From Nitrospirota bacterium (GTDB taxonomy: Bacteria > Nitrospirota > UBA9217): 64,000 nt of DNA. Within the stretch, counting starts at the first letter, position 1. Each line of letters opens with the position of its first letter. The notes beneath the pieces were generated by a model. It ran no database searches, was not told where the DNA came from, and worked only from the letters and a program-made list of their open reading frames with translations. This document shows positions 28,743 through 36,902 of this stretch, in pieces. The stretch spans positions 168,287 through 232,286 of the forward strand of contig CAVTRN010000002.1 of the NCBI GenBank assembly GCA_963737155.1, read 5' to 3'. The translations under genes were made by a program, and so were the position numbers.

Positions 28743-29033
28743 CACCCTGAAAGGCGCAGTAGTTAAACTTCTGGAAGAAAGACTCATCGCAAAGATCAGG
28801 ACGATGTCGCGAGGAAAATAGTTGCTGAAAGAAATCTTTTTCACAAAATGCAATGATGCAAAATGAATTCTACATCTTCGCTAATATTATATGAATCGTT
28901 CATGAACTGACGTTCACAAGGGAAGATGTAAATTAGGCATAGATAGAGTGTTCCGCCATCAATATTCCAGGGCAGTTGTTTTTGATCAAGAGTGCTGCTA
29001 CACTTGTCAAAAAGACCCAAGGAGGATTGACCG

Positions 29034-29596
29034 ATGGACATTGTAGTAGAACGTGGAGCGGGTTTGGATGTACACCAGGAAACGGTAGTCGCAACTATTG
29101 ATGGAGTGGGTATCAAAAAAGAGACGCGAACCTTCGGCACGGTAACCAACGAATTGTATCGACTGCGGGACTGGCTCAAGGAGAACGGCATCACCCACGT
29201 GGCGATGGAGAGCACCGGGATTTACTGGAAACCGGTTTTTAATATTCTGGAAGAGGATTTTGAAGTAGTTTTGGTCAATGCCCGTCACAACCCATGGAAA
29301 CAAAGCTTTAAGAACAACGCTTACGGAATGCGGCTGGGCAGCCTCTCGAAAGAAAGATTGCTACTTTGAAAGCCAAGTACCATAGTTTTGTGGGACGCCG
29401 CGGAAAGAAACGAGCCTTGGTAGCCGTGGGTCATAAGATCCTCATCATGAGTTACGAGATGCTGAAGCACAAAACTCCGTATCGAGAGCTTGGCGCTGAT
29501 TATCTTGATAAACGGAAGAAGGATAAGATAACGCGAAGCTATATCAAACGGCTTACCGCATTGGGGTACCAAGTGACTGTAAAACAAGTTGCGTAG
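29034..29596 (+). pseudogene. IS110-family transposase with internal deletion
   Basis: ORF 29034..29369 is the N-terminal DEDD part (GLDVHQETVVATI...AMESTGIYWKPVFNIL...VVLVNA). ORF 29366..29596 is the extreme C-terminus (ALVAVGHKILIMSYEMLKHKTPYRELG). The Transposase_20 core is missing. Confidence 0.75.
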
Positions 29597-30380
29597 GAGT
29601 TTTATAAGATCTCGTGATTGAAGTAAGATTTATGTGAGATATAGGTCGAGAGTTACTGGTGGTTACGACCCCGAATATGAAACTGACCAGGCCGGTTCTA
29701 AGCACAAAGGAATGTTGCCACGAGCACGCAGGTGAAATTTTTTATCTCAAACCGGCCACTCATTTATAATCTTGAGCAAATTGCGGGATTGTTGCATCGG
29801 GAATAGAACTACAAAGTGAAGACACATCAAAGACCTCACTGCTAAAAACGGAGAGGCTATGTCCAAGTTGTGTCTTAAGAAGAGGAGGATTTACAGGTGA
29901 AACTCGACTTCACCTACTGATGTGCAATGTCAAATTTAGTGATGTAGGCGAGAAATACAGCTTGAAACATGTATCGTCCTAAAACAGCGACACGGGACAG
30001 TTACGATGGCCAAAAGCCTACCGCGGTTATCCCGGGTCGGCGGGTTTGGAAAGGTTTAAACACAGTTTCTAATGTTTTTTTCACAGTGCATTTTTCTGTG
30101 CCTCGTGAAATTATGCTCGAACGCGGCCATCTGAGAATGCCATCACTATCCCTTGAATTGCTTTTATTTCGTCTTCAATAGCGCCTTTTTCTTGCCCACG
30201 CCACCCGCATAGAAAACCGAGACAGGGAAACATACTTATCGCATCATCTCTGACAAGATAGACGAAAATCAGAAGAGAAGAGATGCACCCCTTGACTATC
30301 CTTTAAATAATATTAGGGAGGGAATCTTGCCATCACATGCCAATTCATATCGCTCGTCTCTGCTCAATCGAAAGACGAAT

Positions 30381-30424
30381 TGAAATGAAACGGGCCAGGC
30401 ATCAACGATAGAGATACCTGGCCC
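30381..30424 (-). terminator. terminator downstream of pstS
   Basis: Hairpin GGGCCAGG (30392-30399) / CCTGGCCC (30417-30424), followed on the minus strand by GTTTCATTTC. Confidence 0.55.
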
Positions 30425-30463
30425 ATATATTTCAAATTGCGGTATTGCTATGCATGCTCTTTA

Positions 30464-31471
30464 CTAGATACCGTTCGACTTCCAGTATGCTCTGATTTTG
30501 TTTTGCAGCACTTGCGGCAGGGGAACGTAAATCAGCTCTTTCGCCTTTGCTGATCCGTTTTGAAAGGCCCAGTCGTAGAATTTTACCACCTTTTTATTCG
30601 AGTCTTTTTTCTCCTTTGCAAGGAGAATGAAGGTCGCGCCTGCAATGGGCCATGCCTTCTTACCCGGGGCATTGGTAAGCATGTAGTAGAAATCATTCTT
30701 AGGATCGAACGTGCCCGTGGCGGCGGCATCTTCAAAAGTCTCCATGTTTGGTTCGACAACAGCGCCCGCTCCGTTCTTCATAAGAGTATAAGCCATATTG
30801 TTCTGTTTCGCATAGGCGAATTCCACATAACCAATCGAGTTTGCCTGCTGCAGAACGTAATTGGCAACGCCTTCGTTGCCCTTACCGCCTATTCCCACGG
30901 GCCAGCTCACGGAGGTGCCGGTCCCGACTTTTTCCTTCCACGTCGGGGAAACCTTGCATAGATAATCCGTAAAGATGGCGGTCGTTCCTGAACCATCGGA
31001 GCGATGAACAACGGTGATCTCGCTCGCCGGAAGGTTGAGGTTGGGGTTCAATCTCTTGATCTTCGGGTCGTTCCAGTTCTTGATCTCTCCTAGGTAGATT
31101 TTAGCGACCGCTTCTGAATCAAGTCTCATCGCTCCTGCTTTTATTCCATGGATATTGACCACGAGGACGTCCGCACCGATCACGGCCGGGAACTGGAACA
31201 GGTTGGCCTTGGAAAGTTCTTCCGGCGTGAGCGGCTTGTCGGAAGCGCCGAAGTCGACAGTCCGCTCTGTGATCTGCCGGATCCCACCGCCGGAGCCGAT
31301 GGACTGGTAGTTCAGCTCAATGCCCGCTACCTTGTTGTACTCATTGGCCCATGCGGAATAAACCGGGTAAGGGAAGGTGGCCCCGGCGCCGTTCAGCATC
31401 TCAGCAGCCTGCGCCTGATTGATAGACATCATTCCGATAGCAAGTAGTGCGATTGTTAAAATTAGTTTCAT
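30464..31471 (-). CDS. pstS: phosphate ABC transporter substrate-binding protein
   Basis: Signal peptide, then LNGAGATFPYPVYSAWANEY...YQSIGSGGGIRQI, the PstS signature. AAGGAGG SD. Confidence 0.9.
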   Translation of the reverse strand: MKLILTIALLAIGMMSINQAQAAEMLNGAGATFPYPVYSAWANEYNKVAGIELNYQSIGSGGGIRQITERTVDFGASDKPLTPEELSKANLFQFPAVIGADVLVVNIHGIKAGAMRLDSEAVAKIYLGEIKNWNDPKIKRLNPNLNLPASEITVVHRSDGSGTTAIFTDYLCKVSPTWKEKVGTGTSVSWPVGIGGKGNEGVANYVLQQANSIGYVEFAYAKQNNMAYTLMKNGAGAVVEPNMETFEDAAATGTFDPKNDFYYMLTNAPGKKAWPIAGATFILLAKEKKDSNKKVVKFYDWAFQNGSAKAKELIYVPLPQVLQNKIRAYWKSNGI

Positions 31472-31521
31472 GTGTTTCCTCCTTTTTGTAGTTGGAACAA
31501 GTTATAATTTACACCTCAACT

Positions 31522-31541
31522 GTTACAGAATTATTACAGAA
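31522..31541 (-). promoter_or_regulatory. Pho-box-like direct repeat upstream of pstS
   Basis: The minus strand reads TTCTGTAATAATTCTGTAAC: two CTGTAA(T/C) heptad-like repeats with 11-bp phasing, upstream of a TAAATT/TATAAC -10 region. Confidence 0.5.
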
Positions 31542-31558
31542 TGATAGGCTTTTATTAA

Positions 31559-31660
31559 ATGTTTGCCAATGGTCTGCCACGCCTATCAACACTTAAGAAG
31601 ATTGCTCAGGCTCTGGACGCGGAACTTGTTATAACGCTGAAAGCAAAAAAGACTGCGTAA
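31559..31660 (+). pseudogene. C-terminal fragment of an XRE-type HTH (antitoxin-like) gene
   Basis: 33-codon remnant MFANGLPRLSTLKKIAQALDAELVITLKAKKTA*. Confidence 0.35.
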
Positions 31661-31853
31661 TAGCGTTGAGAAAACGATGATCGATGACCGTTACGGGAAC
31701 ACAGAAAAAAGCTGAAAGTTGATCTTAGCGCTCTGCCTAGGAGATTGACCTGAGTGGTGATATCGACGTATCAGCCTATTTCGATACAGAGAATGGCGGG
31801 ATCCTAAGTATTCCAAAGGAGATTATAGTTGCTCTTGTTCTAAACCCTGCAAA

Positions 31854-32210
31854 TTATACTTTACGTCTAAGAGTTAATGAAAAGTTATGTAATCTCTTAT
31901 CAAGGGTCCACAAGGGAACGCCCGTCAATATGGCCGAAGCAAGCAGATGTACGTCAATGTAAGCCAATCCCTTGCCCATAATATGGTGAATCTCGGTAAA
32001 CTGTATAACCTCATCATGCTCCGCAACAAGCGCTGTGGGAAGTGCGCTTAAAAGAGAGAGTATCTGAAATCGATTTTTCAGATTGCCACAGGCGAGTTCA
32101 CCGACAACAAAGGGGTGGCAGACGACCTGCCCCTCGATCAATAGGGCATCTAAACCGATTTTCCCTCGCCGGAAATGTTCCAGCCAGACAGACGTATCGA
32201 CGAGCACCAT
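31854..32210 (-). CDS. vapC: PIN-domain toxin
   Basis: MVLVDTSVWLEHFR...VVGELACG...IDVHLLASA; acidic PIN residues are present. It is adjacent to the antitoxin. Confidence 0.9.
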   Translation of the reverse strand: MVLVDTSVWLEHFRRGKIGLDALLIEGQVVCHPFVVGELACGNLKNRFQILSLLSALPTALVAEHDEVIQFTEIHHIMGKGLAYIDVHLLASAILTGVPLWTLDKRLHNFSLTLRRKV

Positions 32211-32211
32211 A

Positions 32212-32409
32212 TTACCTGCTCGCTGTTCGCCTGCGCGGTATTGTCCTCAACCACTTTTCAGTTCCGCCCAAACTGGAAAGCCTCTTCCCGTTTTCTATCG
32301 CGATCAGTGATTCAAGTCCGCGCCTGACGAGCGATGTTTTTTCGTTGATCCCGGTCAATTTTGAAGCCTTTTCAAGTAATTCGTCCTCGATATTTAGCGT
32401 TGTGCGCAT
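32212..32409 (-). CDS. vapB: type II antitoxin
   Basis: MRTTLNIEDELLEKASKLTGINEKTSLVRRGLESLI, a VapB/DUF2191-type pattern. Its stop lies 1 nt before the vapC start. Confidence 0.8.
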   Translation of the reverse strand: MRTTLNIEDELLEKASKLTGINEKTSLVRRGLESLIAIENGKRLSSLGGTEKWLRTIPRRRTASR

Positions 32410-32609
32410 ATGTTTTCCTCTTCCGCCGGCATATGTTTATCTATATGTAATAATATGCATCAATAGTATGCTCTTGTCAAGATGTTTATTGTAGCTTGTA
32501 AAGCGTTATACTTGACATCCTCTTAAATCAGTCATATATTCGTGAATAGGAGGGCACGTGGGTTTAATGTCCAACGAGTCGTTAGGTTCAAACAGGAAGG
32601 AGAAAAGGA

Positions 32610-33050
32610 ATGAAGATTTCAGAAGTTACTAAAAAGCTGTTATTTGCCAAAAAGCAAAAAGGTTTGAGCTTTGCGGATCTGGAAAAGATTGTTGGCCATG
32701 ATGAAGTCTGGATCGCCGCCCTTTTTTATGGCCAAGCAAGAGCCTCACAAGAAGAAGCAACGAGCATAGCAACTGCACTTGATCTTGGATCGGATATTGT
32801 CGAGGTGCTCACCGAGTTCCCCACAAAAGGATTAGGACCTGTAGTGCCTACTGACCCACTCATTTATCGCTTCTATGAAATCATGCAGGTTTATGGGATG
32901 CCTTTGAAAGCCGTGATTAACGAGAAATTCGGTGATGGGATTATGAGCGCTATTGACTTCACCTTAGATGTGGATAAAGAACACGATCCGAAAGGTGATC
33001 GGGTACGACTTATCATGTCCGGTAAATTCTTGCCTTATAAGAAGTGGTAG
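32610..33050 (+). CDS. cynS: cyanate hydratase (cyanase)
   Basis: 146 aa; ...[13 protein letters not shown]... and the C-terminal [35 protein letters not shown] are cyanase-specific. Confidence 0.95.
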   Translation: MKISEVTKKLLFAKKQKGLSFADLEKIVGHDEVWIAALFYGQARASQEEATSIATALDLGSDIVEVLTEFPTKGLGPVVPTDPLIYRFYEIMQVYGMPLKAVINEKFGDGIMSAIDFTLDVDKEHDPKGDRVRLIMSGKFLPYKKW

Positions 33051-33361
33051 AGAGTCGCTTCCTGCAGCCAGAACAAATTACCTGTTTTAAGTCGGGCTAG
33101 CTTCTTCGCGGTCGCACATCGAAGCCAGCCGATTTGGATGCACACAGCAGTCCCGTTTTGTACTTTTTCATGAGAAGTGTAAATGTCAAAAACCAGGTAT
33201 GTGTCAAAGCAGAAAGTATACATTCACCCGAGTGTTTTGGGGGTGATGGGGGTTCATGAAAGAGTGTAGGTAACCCCCTGGTTCATTCTTCAGAATTAAT
33301 TTTTACAGTTTGCCCCAAATATCTTTAAGTGGTCCCACCACAACAACTCTCCGGAGGCCAT

Positions 33362-35233
33362 ATGAAATCATTTCTTTCCCTGATCCTGCTTCTTCTCTGT
33401 CTCACCTCGATCGTCCTTGCCGAACCTATGCCGGAATCCGATATCCCATACCGCTATACATACTGGGATGTCAAATATGACGTCAATGCTGATGGCTCCT
33501 TTGTCGTAACTGAGAAATGGAGCAGGACAGTCCTAAAAGAGAATTCACTTTCGAGGCTTAAAGAGGGTTCGGTAACCTTCAGCACGTCGGTCGCGAAGGG
33601 GGAGATCCTCGAGGCATATACGGTAAAGAAATCGGGACAGAGGATAGATGCCCCCAGGGATAGCTACCAGGTCAATATCCATGACGGATATAAAAAGGCT
33701 TCTCCCTTATTCTCCGATGAAACAACCATCAGCGTGGTTTTTCCTGACCTTGCTGTGGGAGATACGGTGTTCTTTTCCTCCCGGGTCACGAACTCCGTAG
33801 GGATATTCCCCAATCAATTCTCAACCAGCCACGGTTTTTCCCAGTTTATGGCTCTCGACAATGCTTCCATCGAGATCACCGCACCTGCAACAATGAACCT
33901 TAGGACGCAGTCCTATTTTCTCGATGAGCAAAAGCCGGAACTGAGGGACGGAAAACAGATTCTGCGTTGGACCTATCGGAACAAGACGCCTGAAAAATGG
34001 ACGGCTGCTGACAAAGGCATTTACAACATCGGGGACAGTCCAGCCCTCTATATCTCTACATTCAAGAGCTACAAGGAGATCGTGGACGCCTACGGTGCAC
34101 GAGCCTTGCCTAAGGCCGAAGTGACCGAGCGGGTGAAGAAGCTGGCGGCAGAGATTGTCGATGACAAAAAACCCCCTGAAATGCAAGCCCGTTCTTTCTA
34201 CGATTGGGTTGCGAAGAATATCTCCTATGGTGGGAACTGCATCGGTATCGGCGCCGTGGTGCCGCGAGATCTGTCAACCGTTCTGGACAACAGGATGGGC
34301 GACTGCAAGGACCATGCGACCCTGCTGCAGGCACTCCTTGCCTCCCGGAACATTGAAAGCGAACAGGCACTCATCAGTGCGGGCGAGACCTACCAGTTGC
34401 CGGACGTGCCCGTAGTCTCATCAGTGAACCACGTCATCAACTACATTCCGAAAATGAACCTTTTCATCGATGCAACGTCTTCTGATACACCCTTCGGCAT
34501 GCTCCCGATGAGCCTTGGTGAGAAGCCTGTGCTGCTGGTATCGCACTATCGAGAGGGGATCAAGACACCGTCCACGGCTCAGTATGGCCATGAGCAGACT
34601 ATGACGACCCGGATCACGATAAAGTCCGACGGGACTGCCACCGGAGATGTGGTATGGAGCCTTAAAGGAATACCGGCAACCATGGCTAGGGCGGTCATGC
34701 GCGTTTTCCCGAGCGGGCAGGAGGATTTTCTGGCGGAGAAGATGCTGGAGGCCCAGGGGATGCACGGTAGGGGAACACTGAAGAAGGACGATCCTGAAGC
34801 GTTGATCGATACCTACAAGCTCAGCATGTCATTCAGTCTGCAGGATTACGTGACCGTAGGTGTAGCCACAGGCATGGCCGTGAAGCCGGTGGCTGGCAGC
34901 TTCCTCCCCATCGACAGGTTCCTGGCCACGGTATATCAGCCGGAGATGAAGAGGCCGCAGACCTGCACCGGCGGAAAAAGCGTGGAAGAGTATATCGTGG
35001 AGTTCCCAGACAATATGAAAATCATGGCTGTGCCCAAGGATTACGAACTGAGCAGCGCCTTCGTAGACTACCGTTCGACCTACCGGCAAACAGGGAACAC
35101 AGTGACTGTCCACCGCGAGTTCAACGATAAGACGCCGACGAACATCTGCACACCGCAGGTGATGGCGGAATACAAAAAAGCTCTCATAAGCATTGCGCGG
35201 GATTTGAAAGCGCAGGTCCTGGTCAGCGATTGA
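33362..35233 (+). CDS. secreted DUF3857 / transglutaminase-like domain protein
   Basis: Started at ATG 33362 (GGAGG SD). Signal peptide, then a transglutaminase core RMGDCKDHATLLQALL with Cys nucleophile context. Confidence 0.85.
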   Translation: MKSFLSLILLLLCLTSIVLAEPMPESDIPYRYTYWDVKYDVNADGSFVVTEKWSRTVLKENSLSRLKEGSVTFSTSVAKGEILEAYTVKKSGQRIDAPRDSYQVNIHDGYKKASPLFSDETTISVVFPDLAVGDTVFFSSRVTNSVGIFPNQFSTSHGFSQFMALDNASIEITAPATMNLRTQSYFLDEQKPELRDGKQILRWTYRNKTPEKWTAADKGIYNIGDSPALYISTFKSYKEIVDAYGARALPKAEVTERVKKLAAEIVDDKKPPEMQARSFYDWVAKNISYGGNCIGIGAVVPRDLSTVLDNRMGDCKDHATLLQALLASRNIESEQALISAGETYQLPDVPVVSSVNHVINYIPKMNLFIDATSSDTPFGMLPMSLGEKPVLLVSHYREGIKTPSTAQYGHEQTMTTRITIKSDGTATGDVVWSLKGIPATMARAVMRVFPSGQEDFLAEKMLEAQGMHGRGTLKKDDPEALIDTYKLSMSFSLQDYVTVGVATGMAVKPVAGSFLPIDRFLATVYQPEMKRPQTCTGGKSVEEYIVEFPDNMKIMAVPKDYELSSAFVDYRSTYRQTGNTVTVHREFNDKTPTNICTPQVMAEYKKALISIARDLKAQVLVSD

Positions 35234-35306
35234 CAGGTCAATGGGTGTGGAAGCAAAACGGGAAACCGAGCGCAAATCAAGGAAATAGCAAATATGCCTT
35301 AAGCAC

Positions 35307-35353
35307 GCTCATTTACCCGAAGGTCAAATGTTCAAATCCTCTCCCCGCCAGCA
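35307..35353 (+). pseudogene. degenerate tRNA-fMet 3' half, inverted relative to 14638-14683
   Basis: GCTCATTTACCCGAAGGTCAAATGTTCAAATCCTCTCCCCGCCAGCA aligns with the 14.6-kb fragment (GCTCAT, CCCGAAGGTC, GTTCAnATCC, CCCCGC). The T-stem is broken. A homologous terminator hairpin AGGGGTTAC...GTAACCCCT follows at 35363-35390. Confidence 0.55.
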
Positions 35354-35491
35354 AATTCAATCAGGGGTTACGGCACATGCTGTAACCCCTTTGTCATCTC
35401 AGTGGGCCGGTCCTTTCTATATGTCTCCGCTTCCTAAAAATAGGTGGCCGACATGGACAACTCCGGTTTTCTATATATAGCGAAATCAGAT

Positions 35492-35656
35492 TTATTTCTC
35501 TGCAAGTTGAATCAGTTTATTGTAAGTTTCTTCAAGTATCTTTACTAATGTAATATCATTTTGCGGTGAACCCGCTGCAGCTGCTTTTGTAATTTCAGCC
35601 GCGATTTTTAACCATCCATCTTTACCAGAATCCATCAATTGGCTAGTACGGGGCAT
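35492..35656 (-). CDS. small (54-aa) helical hypothetical protein
   Basis: Below the ORF-track cutoff. ATG has AGGAG 9 nt upstream. MPRTSQLMDSGKDGWLKIAAEITKAAAAGSPQNDITLVKILEETYNKLIQLAEK. It lies in an AT-rich patch. Confidence 0.4.
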   Translation of the reverse strand: MPRTSQLMDSGKDGWLKIAAEITKAAAAGSPQNDITLVKILEETYNKLIQLAEK

Positions 35657-35770
35657 ATAGAATATTCTCCTTTGTGAAGTTGTATTTATTTACTTTGACA
35701 TCATGTGCTCATTGGCTTGTTTTTTTTAAATCTTTGTTAACTTACACGGATAAATATTTTCTTCATAAAA

Positions 35771-36088
35771 CTATCTATTTTTTTTCTTTTCGATTTCAGC
35801 TCCAACAGTTATTAAATCTACATTAAACTCACCTAAACCCTTAAATCCCCTTTTTATAGCATTTTCTTCATATTTGTTTAAAAGATACCTCAGCTTTTCC
35901 TCAAATAATTCCTTCCCTTTATTGTTTTGAATAAAAGTTTCAAGTACGAATAGCTGCGCTTCAATTTCCGTCTCTATCAAATTCGACCAATTAATCGCCC
36001 CTCCAGCACCTTTCCTTATCCTATCCATCCTGTTTTTTATTGACTGACTTATGGAAATATTTATACGCGTTTTCTTGTCTTTTTTCAT
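35771..36088 (-). CDS. hypothetical protein, possible ribbon-helix-helix N-terminus
   Basis: Started at ATG 36088 (GGTGGTGAG SD). MKKDKKTRINISISQSIKNRMDRIRKG... resembles a CopG/RHH strand-helix start. Confidence 0.5.
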   Translation of the reverse strand: MKKDKKTRINISISQSIKNRMDRIRKGAGGAINWSNLIETEIEAQLFVLETFIQNNKGKELFEEKLRYLLNKYEENAIKRGFKGLGEFNVDLITVGAEIEKKKNR

Positions 36089-36107
36089 TTTGCTCACCAC
36101 CAAAGGT

Positions 36108-36126
36108 ATACACACTAAGTGTGTAT
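36108..36126. promoter_or_regulatory. 19-bp perfect palindrome inside the predicted promoter of 35771..36088
   Basis: ATACACACT-A-AGTGTGTAT lies between TTGACA (minus strand, 36129-36134) and a TATACC -10-like hexamer. Confidence 0.4.
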
Positions 36127-36307
36127 CTGTCAAGACATTAAAAAAAGGAGCCATCAATCTCAATAATTAACAGCGCCTTTTTTTACATACACTTTATTTT
36201 TTACAAGACCATCTATTTTATTCTCTATCTCAAACTTTTCGTTTAATACAATACTACTACTGTACGAACTATTTTAAGTTACATTATTGAATTTGCACCA
36301 GAAGAAC

Positions 36308-36361
36308 GGTGCCGGCGGTCGGAATCGAACCGACATGGAGTTGCCCCCAGAGGATTTTGAG
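36308..36361 (-). pseudogene. tRNA-Leu(CAA)-like 3' fragment (anticodon loop, long variable arm, T-arm, acceptor 3' strand)
   Basis: The minus strand reads CTCAAAATCCTCTGGGGGCAACTCCATGTCGGTTCGATTCCGACCGCCGGCACC. No matching 5' acceptor strand (GCCGGCG) lies upstream. Confidence 0.65.
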
Positions 36362-36805
36362 TAATCCGCAACGAACAGCATCAGATCACTCGGTCAGGTC
36401 CAGCTACTGACATAACCCTGAAGCTCGCGAGATAGATCGAATACTGTCCATTCCGTATCTGCCCTGTTACTGTCCTGCAAAAGAAAAACGCATTTATGGG
36501 TGTCCTAAGTCTTTGAATTGGCTGGACGGAAAGAGGGGGGCAACGGACTCCCCTTGGGGTAACTCACCTAAGCAATCCATAAACTTCAGCAAATATCACT
36601 GGCCATTCCTTCATCTGCGACTTCTCCCGCATGATTGAGAACGCTAAATACATGCGTTTTACCTTATGTTGATATTTCCACCGCGGCATAAGCGTTCACG
36701 CTGAATAGCTGGTATGCTGTCATAACAGCTTACAACTTCTCGGGTAAAAAAAGTGCGCAGACGGCGTTCATTTAATTTATCGTGGCGATGGCAAAAGTCT
36801 TCGAC

Positions 36806-36845
36806 CTTAAAATAAGATGCCTCTGGCATAATGCACGCCAGAGGC
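36806..36845 (-). terminator. terminator downstream of the Big_2 lipoprotein gene
   Basis: Hairpin GCCTCTGGC (36819-36827) / GCCAGAGGC (36837-36845), followed on the minus strand by ATCTTATTTT. Confidence 0.6.
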
Positions 36846-36902
36846 TATTATCGTTGGGAATATAGCTCACCCCCCCGCAAGAAGAGGGAGTGAGCTATCC
36901 AG

